This document shows, in pieces, positions 47,830-56,412 of a DNA stretch of 64,000 bases. The DNA comes from an uncultured Clostridia bacterium (GTDB taxonomy: Bacteria; Bacillota; Clostridia; Christensenellales; UBA1242): positions 6,361 through 70,360 of the forward strand of contig CAKVHA010000002.1 of NCBI GenBank assembly GCA_934747775.1. The letters run 5' to 3'. The translations under genes and the position numbers were made by a program. The first letter of the stretch is position 1. The number at the start of each line of letters is the position of its first letter. The notes beneath the pieces were generated by a model. That model worked only from the letters and a program-made list of their open reading frames with translations. It did no database searches and was not told the DNA's origin.

Positions 47830-48761
47830 TGAACGCAATTGAAAAAGTACAAAACGATTTTACTCAAAAAAAGATTGATGCTGAATATACTGCAAACATT
47901 AACAAATTTAAAGTTTTAGAAAACCCAGAATACAAAAATTTGTACAACAAATGCAAACTACTTTCACTAGATGTTGCAAAAGCAGAATACAACAATCTTA
48001 ACCCCAAAGCCGCAAGAGAAAGTTTTTTAAAACTAAAAAAAGAACTTTACTCAAAACTAGAAAAAGCAGGAATAGATATTAGTTCGCTTTACCCTAAATA
48101 CGAATGCTCTAAATGTAAAGACACAGGTATTGTAAACGGCGAGTACTGCGACTGCTTTAAAAAGGCATTATCAAAAGAACTTTTAAACGAAAGCGGGCTT
48201 TCTGACAAAAACCTACCAGATTTTGACAATATTAAATACGATATTGTAAAAGACAAAACACAACGCGACAATTATGAAAATGTAGCAAAACTACTTAAGG
48301 AATATATTAATCTTATTCCACACAACTCAAAACACATTATTTCACTTATTGGAAAAGTGGGTGTAGGCAAAACCTATTTATTAAAAGCGTGCGTTAATGA
48401 AGCAATAAAAAAAGATCTTTACTGCTATTACACAACAGCGTTTAATTTAAATAAGGATATGTTAAAATATCACCTTAGCGATTTGGAAGAAAAAGATAGC
48501 ATTATTAGAAAATACTTAGATTGTGACTTACTTTTAATAGACGACCTAGGCACAGAAAACACAATTAAAAACGTTACTGTGGAATACTTATATTTTATTA
48601 TTAACGAAAGATTACAAGCAAACAAAAATATAATAATAACAACCAATCTTACTCCACAACAAATTATGCAAAACTATGACGAGCGCATATTTAGTAGACT
48701 TGCAAACAAAAAAGAGTGTGTGTTACTTAATATGACTGGCGACGATTTAAGATTAAGTTAA
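47829..48761 (+). CDS. dnaI: Primosomal helicase loader DnaI (DnaC/IstB-like AAA+)
   Basis: N-terminal Zn motif CSKCKDTG..GEYCDC, Walker A LIGKVGVGKTYL, Walker B LLLIDDLGTE. The start overlaps the upstream gene's stop. Confidence 0.8.
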   Translation: MNAIEKVQNDFTQKKIDAEYTANINKFKVLENPEYKNLYNKCKLLSLDVAKAEYNNLNPKAARESFLKLKKELYSKLEKAGIDISSLYPKYECSKCKDTGIVNGEYCDCFKKALSKELLNESGLSDKNLPDFDNIKYDIVKDKTQRDNYENVAKLLKEYINLIPHNSKHIISLIGKVGVGKTYLLKACVNEAIKKDLYCYYTTAFNLNKDMLKYHLSDLEEKDSIIRKYLDCDLLLIDDLGTENTIKNVTVEYLYFIINERLQANKNIIITTNLTPQQIMQNYDERIFSRLANKKECVLLNMTGDDLRLS

Positions 48762-48762
48762 T

Positions 48763-48796
48763 AAAAAAACCTTATCGGATAATGATAAGGTTTTTT
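48763..48796. terminator. Bidirectional rho-independent terminator between dnaI and asnS
   Basis: An A-run, then ACCTTATC-ggataat-GATAAGGT, then T6. Confidence 0.75.
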
Positions 48797-48868
48797 ATTG
48801 TTAATATTAAATTATAAGAATATAAGTTTTAACTTTTTATATAAAAACGCACAAAACTTAAGATTTTA

Positions 48869-50260
48869 TTAATAATCGCAATTGTTTGGAGTACGTGGAA
48901 AAGGAATAACATCCCTAATATTTTCAACACCAGTAATGTACATTATTAATCTTTCAAAACCCATTCCAAAGCCAGAGTGAACACAAGTGCCAAACTTACG
49001 CAAGTTTATAAACCACTCTATTGGTTGGGTTTCAACCCCCATTTCTTTGCAACGTTGCAACAATTTTTCGTAATTCTCTTCACGTTGGCTTCCGCCCATA
49101 AGCTCGCCAGCGCCAGGAACTTCCAAGTCGACCGCAGCAACTGTTTTACCGTCGGCATTAACTTTCATATAATACGCCTTAATATCTTTTGGCCAATTTT
49201 TAACAAACACTGGACCATTAAAGTATTCGGTCAAGTATCTCTCGTGTTCTTTTGCAATGTCACCACCTTCTTCTGGTTCGAACTCCCATTTTACTTTTGC
49301 TTCTTTAAGTAGTTTTATAACATCAGCGTGGTCTATACGCACAAAGTTGGAATTAACCACTTTATTTAGTTTTTCAATAAGTCCTTTTTCTACAAAGTTG
49401 TTTAAAAATTCCATTTCTTGTGGACAATGTTCTAGCACATATTTAATAACAAATTTTAGCATATCTTCTTCTACGTCCATAAGTCCGTCTAAGTCACAGA
49501 ACGCCATTTCGGGTTCTATCATCCAAAACTCGTTTGCGTGAGTTTTTGTGTTGCTGTTTTCAGTACGGAAGGTTGGGCCAAAAGTATAAATATTGCTAAA
49601 CGCCATAGCAAAAGCTTCGCCGTGAAGTTGTCCCGTACCAGTAACATACGACTTTTTGCCAAAAAGGTCTTTACTTGTGTCAAGCGCACCACTTTTTGTA
49701 AGTGGTGGGTTTTCAAAACTTAAGGTTGTTATTTTAAACATTTGGTCGCTACCTTCACAATCGGTAGTTGTAATTAATGGAGTGTGAACATACACAAAAC
49801 CGTTGTTTTGAAAATATGTGTGAATTGCCATTGCAGCAACACTTCTTACTCTAAACACCGCATTAAACAAATTTGCACGTGGTCTAAGATATGCTTGTTC
49901 TCTTAAAAATTCTAGGCTGTGACCTTTCTTTTGTAGCGGATATGTGTTGTCGGTTTGATTTATAATTTCAACACTTGTTGCGTGCAACTCAAATGGTTGT
50001 TTCGCTTCTGGAGTTAGCACAAGTTTTCCTTTACAAACAACCGACGATCCCGCGTTTAGTTTTGAAACTTCGGCGTAATTATTTAAATCGTTTGTATTTA
50101 AAACAACTTGAAGTCCTTTAAAACTTGTTCCGTCTGTAAAGTCCATAAAGCCAAAGGTTTTTAAATCTCTTACCGATTTTACCCAACCTGCAACAATTAG
50201 TTCGTTTTCGGTTAGATCCATATATTTATTATAAATTTGTTTTACAGTTGTGCGGTTCAT
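48869..50260 (-). CDS. asnS: Asparagine--tRNA ligase
   Basis: Class IIb synthetase of 463 aa. Motifs include FRTENSNTKTHANEFWMIEPE, GGSQRE, HSGFGMGFERL, and the ending IPFPRTP. Confidence 0.85.
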   Translation of the reverse strand: MNRTTVKQIYNKYMDLTENELIVAGWVKSVRDLKTFGFMDFTDGTSFKGLQVVLNTNDLNNYAEVSKLNAGSSVVCKGKLVLTPEAKQPFELHATSVEIINQTDNTYPLQKKGHSLEFLREQAYLRPRANLFNAVFRVRSVAAMAIHTYFQNNGFVYVHTPLITTTDCEGSDQMFKITTLSFENPPLTKSGALDTSKDLFGKKSYVTGTGQLHGEAFAMAFSNIYTFGPTFRTENSNTKTHANEFWMIEPEMAFCDLDGLMDVEEDMLKFVIKYVLEHCPQEMEFLNNFVEKGLIEKLNKVVNSNFVRIDHADVIKLLKEAKVKWEFEPEEGGDIAKEHERYLTEYFNGPVFVKNWPKDIKAYYMKVNADGKTVAAVDLEVPGAGELMGGSQREENYEKLLQRCKEMGVETQPIEWFINLRKFGTCVHSGFGMGFERLIMYITGVENIRDVIPFPRTPNNCDY

Positions 50261-50263
50261 AAA

Positions 50264-52009
50264 TCAATCTTCCTTTTTAATTAATTGAAGTCCAACATCT
50301 TTAAGTTGTTGTTCGGTTACTCTACTTGGAGCTCCCATCATAAGGTCGCGAGCATTTTTGTTCATAGGGAATGCAATAACTTCTCTAATAATATCTTTTT
50401 GTGTTGCCAACATTAGCAAGCGGTCAAAGCCAAATGCACAGCCTGCGTGTGGTGGCGCACCATATGAAAAAGCGTTATACAATGCTCCAAATTTACTTTT
50501 AACAGTGTCTTCGTTGTAACCAACCATTTCAAAAGCCTTAACCATAAGTTCTTGATCGTGGTTTCTAACAGCACCACTAAGTGATTCGTAGCCATTTATA
50601 ACAAGGTCAAACTGATATGCCAAAACATCTAGCGGATCTTTTTCCAACAACGCTTGCATTCCACCTTGTGGCATACTAAAAGGATTGTGTGCAAAATCAA
50701 GATTTCCAGTGTCTTCATTGATTTCGAAGAATGGGAAGTTGTCCACCCAGCAGAACGCAACCTTATTTTTGTCTATTAACCCCAAGCTTTCGCCAAGCTC
50801 GTTACGCAAAACATTAGCAAGTTTTATTACAAGCGGTTTTTCATCGGCAACAATAAATATACTCTCGCCGCCAACCAAATTAAATTCCTTAATTAAGTCC
50901 GCTTTGTTTTCATCGGTTAAAAACTTAACAATACTGCCGCTAAATTCGCCGTCTACATATTTTAGCCAAGCAAGACCTTTGCCTTCGTACGCAACAATAA
51001 GTTTACCAAGTTCGTCGTAATATTTTCTAGATTTTTCGCCAGCATTTGCAGCAATTGCTTTAATGGTTTTGCCCTTAAATGCGTTAAATTCGGTGTTACT
51101 AAAGATGTTTGTAATATCGTGAACAATAAGCGGATTTCTTAAATCTGGTTTATCGCTACAATATTTTTCAATAGCGTCACGATATGGGATATGCACAAAA
51201 GGTGCTTTTGAAATTTCAAAATCTGTAAATTCTTTAAATAATGCTGTTGCAAATTCTTCGCACGCAGCCATAACATCTTCTTGTGTGGCAAAACTCATTT
51301 CCATATCTATTTGATAAAACTCGCCTGGGGTACGGTCGGCACGCGCAGCTTCGTTTCTAAAGCAAGGCGCAATTTGGAAATACTTATCAAAACCACTAAC
51401 CATTAGCAATTGTTTGAATTGTTGTGGTGCTTGTGGCAAAGCATAAAACTCACCTGGGGCATTAATTGTAGGCACAATATAGTCCCTAGCACCTTCTGGA
51501 CTAGACGAAGTTAAAATTGGGGTTTGAACTTCCAAAAATCCCATTTCGGTTAGTTTGTTTCTTGCAAAGTTAAGCATTTTTGCACGCTTTACAATAAGCT
51601 CGTGTGTGTCGGGATTTCTTAGGTCAAGATATCTGTATTTTAGTCTTAATTCTTCTTTTGTGTTAGGTGCGTCGGCAATTTCAAAAGGCAAAACGCTTTG
51701 ACATTTTCCTAGCACTTTAAGACTTGTTACTTCTACTTCAATATCGCCTGTTGGCATTTTAGGGTTTTTGCTATATCTTTCTAAAACCTTGCCGCAAATA
51801 GAAATTGTACTTTCTTTGTTAACACCGTTTAGCATACTATCGTCGTTTACAACCAACTGGGTTAGCCCAAAGTGATCTCTAAGCGTAACAAAGTTAAGAC
51901 CGCCAAGTTTTCTAATGCTGTTTACCCAGCCAGCAAGCCTAACTTCTTTGTTAACATCTTGCAGGCGAAGTTCTCCACAATTATTTGTTCTGTAAATATT
52001 TTCCTTCAT
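50264..52009 (-). CDS. aspS: Aspartate--tRNA ligase
   Basis: 581 aa. Motifs include FRNEAARADRTPGEFYQIDMEMSF and GAPPHAGCAFGFDRLLML. It carries the bacterial-type insertion domain. Confidence 0.9.
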   Translation of the reverse strand: MKENIYRTNNCGELRLQDVNKEVRLAGWVNSIRKLGGLNFVTLRDHFGLTQLVVNDDSMLNGVNKESTISICGKVLERYSKNPKMPTGDIEVEVTSLKVLGKCQSVLPFEIADAPNTKEELRLKYRYLDLRNPDTHELIVKRAKMLNFARNKLTEMGFLEVQTPILTSSSPEGARDYIVPTINAPGEFYALPQAPQQFKQLLMVSGFDKYFQIAPCFRNEAARADRTPGEFYQIDMEMSFATQEDVMAACEEFATALFKEFTDFEISKAPFVHIPYRDAIEKYCSDKPDLRNPLIVHDITNIFSNTEFNAFKGKTIKAIAANAGEKSRKYYDELGKLIVAYEGKGLAWLKYVDGEFSGSIVKFLTDENKADLIKEFNLVGGESIFIVADEKPLVIKLANVLRNELGESLGLIDKNKVAFCWVDNFPFFEINEDTGNLDFAHNPFSMPQGGMQALLEKDPLDVLAYQFDLVINGYESLSGAVRNHDQELMVKAFEMVGYNEDTVKSKFGALYNAFSYGAPPHAGCAFGFDRLLMLATQKDIIREVIAFPMNKNARDLMMGAPSRVTEQQLKDVGLQLIKKED

Positions 52010-52021
52010 AAGTTCTCCTTA

Positions 52022-52058
52022 AAAATTAAAAACACCCTTGATATTAATTCAAGGGTAT
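52022..52058 (-). terminator. Leader-embedded intrinsic terminator (attenuator) just upstream of the aspS RBS
   Basis: Minus strand reads ACCCTTGA-attaata-TCAAGGGT followed by GTTTTTAATTTTT, and ends about 12 nt before the AAGGAGA RBS of aspS. Confidence 0.55.
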
Positions 52059-52190
52059 AGTTTTTAAAATACATCACTAAATTTAGATTGCACTAAAAAT
52101 TGTACCCATAATTAAAATGTGTATAAGCTATTATCGCAATCATCGTTTAGTTTAATTCTTAACATAAGTATTTCCTTTTGTTATAGCCAA

Positions 52191-52219
52191 ATTTTACACC
52201 AATACGAAAGCGTTGTCAA
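52191..52219 (-). promoter_or_regulatory. Sigma-A-type promoter for the aspS-asnS leader
   Basis: On the minus strand, TTGACA (52219-52214), 17 nt spacer, TAAAAT (52196-52191). This gives a leader of about 180 nt. Confidence 0.5.
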
Positions 52220-52234
52220 TAACTTTACCGTATT

Positions 52235-53035
52235 TTATTCAATTGTGCCGCCGCCCATAAACTTATTTATTATGGCTAGCGACCAACTAGTAGGCAACAC
52301 CTTTACACCAAAATGTAAAAATTTAAACGAACCGCCAACAATCTTAACTGCCGAGCTGTGTTTTTTGTAACTTTGTTTCACAACAACTTTTGCAACCTTT
52401 TCTGGCGGCATACGTTTTCCGGAATCGTGCTTGTCCAAAAACGCAAATGCTCTTTCTACTTGTTTTCCGTAATGCTCGTTGGTTTCTTCTATTCGCACAC
52501 GGTTTTTCATAAATGGTGTTTTTACTTCACCTGGGCAAATTACTGTTACATCTATGCCCGCTTGTTTTAGTTCCATTCGCTGACACAAACCCATCATATA
52601 TACGGCACTTTTTGTAAAACAGTACAAACTTCTAAAAGGCGAAGGCATAAGCCCAGACACGCTAGAAATGTATATGATTTTACAACCTTTTGTCATATAT
52701 TTAAGGGCGTATTTACTCATTAAATAACAACCCACAACATTTACTTCAATTGCCTTTTTCACAACGTCACTTGGCAAAAGTTCCAATGCACCATTTACAC
52801 CCATTCCAGCATTGTTTACTAAAATATCTATGCGTCCTTCCTTTTGACCAATTTCATCTAATACTTCTTTCACTCTTTCTTCGTTAGTTACATCGCAAAC
52901 ATAACTATATTCGGGATATTGTTCGTCTATGGCAATGCTAAGGCAATACACAGTGTCGCCATTTTTTCTAAACATATCCGCTGTGCATTTTCCAATTCCA
53001 CTATTTGCACCTGTTATAACCACAATTTTTTTCAT
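52235..53035 (-). CDS. Short-chain dehydrogenase/reductase (SDR) family oxidoreductase
   Basis: MKKIVVITGANSGIGK (TGxxxGIG), NNAG, and catalytic Y-x-x-x-K (YCFTKSA). Start at ATG 53035 with an AAAGGTGA RBS. Confidence 0.8.
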   Translation of the reverse strand: MKKIVVITGANSGIGKCTADMFRKNGDTVYCLSIAIDEQYPEYSYVCDVTNEERVKEVLDEIGQKEGRIDILVNNAGMGVNGALELLPSDVVKKAIEVNVVGCYLMSKYALKYMTKGCKIIYISSVSGLMPSPFRSLYCFTKSAVYMMGLCQRMELKQAGIDVTVICPGEVKTPFMKNRVRIEETNEHYGKQVERAFAFLDKHDSGKRMPPEKVAKVVVKQSYKKHSSAVKIVGGSFKFLHFGVKVLPTSWSLAIINKFMGGGTIE

Positions 53036-53147
53036 ACTTTCACCTTTAAATAATGATTTAATTCTATTACATATTATATAATATACAATATTAAAACACA
53101 AACAAAATTATCTTAAAAAATAATCACATAAAAAGTTTTATCCACAT

Positions 53148-53424
53148 AATATGAAGTGTATATAGGTTGCATAACATTGCCAACTTATATACCCTCCCCT
53201 TCTTCCAACTTTTTAAGTTGTTTATATAAAAATCCCTTGTTTTGGTGCAAAAACAAGGGATTTTTTGACAAGTGACTAAGTTATCCACAAAGTCACACGC
53301 TAATTTTTATAAATTTTTATGAATAAATATAAATTTTTGAATAAAAACACAGATTTTTGAATTTTTACACACTTTTTCACATAAGTTATCCACTTATCCA
53401 CAGTTAGTCACATAATTATCCACA
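53148..53424 (+). other. DnaA-box cluster (oriC-like element or ectopic DnaA-binding cluster)
   Basis: Perfect TTATCCACA at 53148-53156, 53281-53289, 53394-53402 and 53416-53424. TTATCCACt at 53386-53394. A degenerate TTAgtCACA at 53404-53412. All lie on the plus strand. They flank an AT-rich segment with phased repeats at 53301-53380. Confidence 0.75.
53228..53266. terminator. Strong bidirectional hairpin terminator inside the DnaA-box region
   Basis: AATCCCTTGTTT-tggtgca-AAACAAGGGATT, flanked by an A-run and T6. Confidence 0.7.
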
Positions 53425-53521
53425 AAAAGTTTTCTAAATTTGTTCTAATTTAAGCTAAAATGTGCACAACTGCGAGTAAATTTTGCAAGTTATACACAAT
53501 ACAGCGTGTATTTATGACAGA

Positions 53522-55054
53522 CTATGGGCAAAATGCGGTAGGAATTGCTCCTTGCATATTATCCGCATTTATGCAATTGTTTGCATCTTTAATTATTTCC
53601 ACATCGCTTGGCACTGCTTCTATGCCAGCCGGAGTATCTAGCGCGCCTTCAATAACTATGCCGTTTTGCGGTTTGTAAATTTCGTGCCTAATAAGTTTTT
53701 CGTCCACAAGCTTGCCATCTTTAAAAGTTTGCAAGTAGGCTTTTGCTTCATAACCTTCACGCGGCCAAGTTAGGCGATAGTATTCGCCCTTATATAACAC
53801 CTTATCGGTAAACTCGCCTTTTGCGTCCACTTTAACAACGTCGCCACTATGCGATATAACTTGAGTGGTTACGCTGCGAGTGCCGTAGGTGTAGCCGTCG
53901 TCGTTTGGTTTGCCATACAACTCCACACTAACCGAGTTTTCATCGTAGAAAGTGTGAACAAACATATCCGCATCGGTGTTGTTTGTAAATTTTAAGTCCG
54001 CAATATATTCCGACACCATTGCATCCAATGCAAGCGGAACATATTTTACTGGAAGAGTGTGTTTGTGTACTTCGTTTATGGTTACACCCGCCCTAATAAG
54101 CGCATTATATAGCGTTGTGCTGGCTTGACATATTCCGCCACCAACTCCGTCCACAAATCTGCCGTTTAGTATAATGGTTGCATTTTTATAGCCAGCATCT
54201 AATGTGTGTGGACCCGTAATTTTGTTAAACGACACGGTTTCGCCTTTTCTCAAAACAAAGCCGTCAAATTTGGAAAGTGCCATTTTTACATTGTGTTTTC
54301 TGTTTCCAGTGCTATCTGCTACATTTGTGCTAAAAGTGGCTAGTTTTGTGGTGTTTTTAATATTGTCCACTTTACTAACAGCCGCTTTTTGAACGATTGT
54401 AGGAACTTCAACCACCACTTTAGGCGATGTTAAAAACTGATTGTTAATCATTTCATATAATAGCTCTTTATTTACTTTTAATCCGCTTTTTTCGGTGCTT
54501 ATTTCAAACATTTTGATTTTTTTGGGGTCAAATGTGATTTCACTATCAACCGGGTCGTACTCTATTTGTTTTACAACCGCATCAATTTTTTCGTCCAGTC
54601 CCACAAACATATAGTTAAAGGCAACATTTAAACTTTGACCATCCATTTTTGTAAGATAATCCACTTGCTGGTCATAAGTTCCCACTTGCGACTCGCGGTC
54701 GGTTGCCATATCCAAAATTGTGTGAATGTCGGAGTTAACGGCAAAGTCGGATTTCCCAATATGCCACGATTTTCCATTTGACGTAAGAGTAAGGTCAAAC
54801 TGGTTTGCGTTTTCGTTAAACACCGCCGAAAGATATTCCACCGCCGCGGTTGTTTTCATTCCCGAAAGGTTGTAGCCATTAACTACGGTGCCGTCACTAA
54901 ATGTGCGTTCCGACTTTCCTTCCAACACATAAAACTGCCCCACAACCACCATAACCATTACAAACGCAATAATGGTTAACGCCATAAAAACGCTTGTGGT
55001 GTTGTCTAGCGATTTCTTTTTTGAATATGTATTTTTTAAGTTGTTTTTTGCCAT
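53522..55054 (-). CDS. VanW-family protein with an N-terminal membrane anchor
   Basis: TM helix ALTIIAFVMVMVVVGQF. The VanW core is GGGICQASTTLYNALIRAGVTINEVHKHTLPVKYVPLALDAMVS. Confidence 0.75.
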   Translation of the reverse strand: MAKNNLKNTYSKKKSLDNTTSVFMALTIIAFVMVMVVVGQFYVLEGKSERTFSDGTVVNGYNLSGMKTTAAVEYLSAVFNENANQFDLTLTSNGKSWHIGKSDFAVNSDIHTILDMATDRESQVGTYDQQVDYLTKMDGQSLNVAFNYMFVGLDEKIDAVVKQIEYDPVDSEITFDPKKIKMFEISTEKSGLKVNKELLYEMINNQFLTSPKVVVEVPTIVQKAAVSKVDNIKNTTKLATFSTNVADSTGNRKHNVKMALSKFDGFVLRKGETVSFNKITGPHTLDAGYKNATIILNGRFVDGVGGGICQASTTLYNALIRAGVTINEVHKHTLPVKYVPLALDAMVSEYIADLKFTNNTDADMFVHTFYDENSVSVELYGKPNDDGYTYGTRSVTTQVISHSGDVVKVDAKGEFTDKVLYKGEYYRLTWPREGYEAKAYLQTFKDGKLVDEKLIRHEIYKPQNGIVIEGALDTPAGIEAVPSDVEIIKDANNCINADNMQGAIPTAFCP

Positions 55055-55107
55055 AAAAAAACCTCATACTTTTTAGTTAGTATGAGATTATTTTTGTTAT
55101 ATATTCA

Positions 55108-56364
55108 TTAATTAGAACTTAGCTTTATACTTTTTAATACCTTAATTAATTCGGCATTTTCATTTTTAACTCTGCCAGTTAGGCACATTTCAAAAAGCAA
55201 TTTTAACACTTGCGATGTGCGGTTTTCGGGAACATACTCTTTAATTTCGTCTGGTGTGATGTCAAGCTTGGTTACACTTAGCGGAATGCCGTTTAGTTTT
55301 AATTGCAACAACATTTGACACACCGGTTTTACATCGCAAAAAACATTTATTACAAGTTGCTCTGATTTTGTTAGGTTGTGATATGACACCGCAATGAACT
55401 CGTTAAGTGGTTTGTATTTTAACTGCTGAAGCACCAAGTAAATGTGTGTAAGATTGCTTACCTGGTCTTTTGACAATTTTAAACTATTAAACATATGCAT
55501 AATGTCGCCATTTACTTGACCTTCTTGCATATATTTAAATGCGTAGCGATTAATAAGCACTAGGGTTAAAAAGCCTAGCAATCTTGCCTCTGTTGGCAAT
55601 TTAAAAAATGCTTCGTACTCTTGCCCTTTTGTAGAGATTTGAAATTTGCCAGATATCATATTAAATAAATACGGATAAATATTTAAATAATTAAACACCT
55701 TAATAAAATCGTTTTTAGTAGCGCCATACTTAAAGTCGGCAGTTACAATTTTTGAAAGTTCTTTTAATTTTCGCTCTGCGGAAATATCGTTTAGCTGAAA
55801 CACCATTTCGCTAGCGGTTTTAAAGGTTTTTACATCTATTTTAAAGTTTAGTTCGCTTGCAAAACGCACAAGCCTTAATATTCTAAGCCCATCAGATGAA
55901 AACACAAAAAGCGGAGTTTCCACGCATTTTATAACGCCATTTACCGTGTCTTTTATTCCGCAATATGGGTCAAAAACTTCGGCAGACGATATATTATAAT
56001 ACACCGCATTACATGTAAAGTCGCGACGTTTTGCATCCAACAAAATATTATCCACAAACTCCACTTTGTCTGGAGCGTGATTTCCGCGCAAATAGTTTTC
56101 CTTTCTAAAAGGCGTGTATTCATAATGCTCACCACTGGGCGAAGTTATTATCATTGTGCCAAGTTTTTCATTTACAACTTTGCATTTGTAGCCAATTTCT
56201 TCACATTTTTTAGCCGCTTTGGCGTCATCAAAAGGCGCGCAAATATCAATATCGTCGCACGGATATTTTAACACTGCGTTTCTAACATATCCGCCAACAA
56301 CATACAACTTGTCTTCAAAAGCGGTTGCTAATTTTTTAAGGTCATCACTAATTTTTATTTCCAT
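55108..56364 (-). CDS. cca: CCA-adding tRNA nucleotidyltransferase (poly(A) polymerase head-domain family)
   Basis: LYVVGGYVRNAVL..CDDIDICAP (GGxVRx...DxD) and RRDFTCNAVYY (the RRD motif). 418 aa. Confidence 0.75.
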   Translation of the reverse strand: MEIKISDDLKKLATAFEDKLYVVGGYVRNAVLKYPCDDIDICAPFDDAKAAKKCEEIGYKCKVVNEKLGTMIITSPSGEHYEYTPFRKENYLRGNHAPDKVEFVDNILLDAKRRDFTCNAVYYNISSAEVFDPYCGIKDTVNGVIKCVETPLFVFSSDGLRILRLVRFASELNFKIDVKTFKTASEMVFQLNDISAERKLKELSKIVTADFKYGATKNDFIKVFNYLNIYPYLFNMISGKFQISTKGQEYEAFFKLPTEARLLGFLTLVLINRYAFKYMQEGQVNGDIMHMFNSLKLSKDQVSNLTHIYLVLQQLKYKPLNEFIAVSYHNLTKSEQLVINVFCDVKPVCQMLLQLKLNGIPLSVTKLDITPDEIKEYVPENRTSQVLKLLFEMCLTGRVKNENAELIKVLKSIKLSSN

Positions 56365-56412
56365 ATTTTTATTATATCAACATTATTTTAATATGGCAAA
56401 TTAATTACCAAA

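Noticed and set aside
52010-52190. Canonical T-box riboswitch call for the aspS-asnS leader
   Set aside because: The terminator and a weak antiterminator are visible. The conserved T-box sequence (AGGGUGGUACCGCG), the stem-I GA/K-turn, the AG bay and the distal loop motifs are not. It stays a generic attenuator pending a covariance-model search.
53161-53228. Possible tiny ORF or RBS-like GGAAGAAGGGGAGGG on the minus strand within the DnaA-box region
   Set aside because: The nearest ATG lies 14 nt downstream of the G-rich tract and opens only a 17-codon frame. Coding is unlikely, and the C-rich tract is more probably structural or regulatory.
53148-53424. Calling the DnaA-box cluster the chromosomal replication origin outright
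   Set aside because: No dnaA, dnaN or rpmH is nearby, and there is no switch in gene-strand bias across the site; genes on both flanks are mostly on the minus strand. I report it as a DnaA-box cluster of unresolved function instead.
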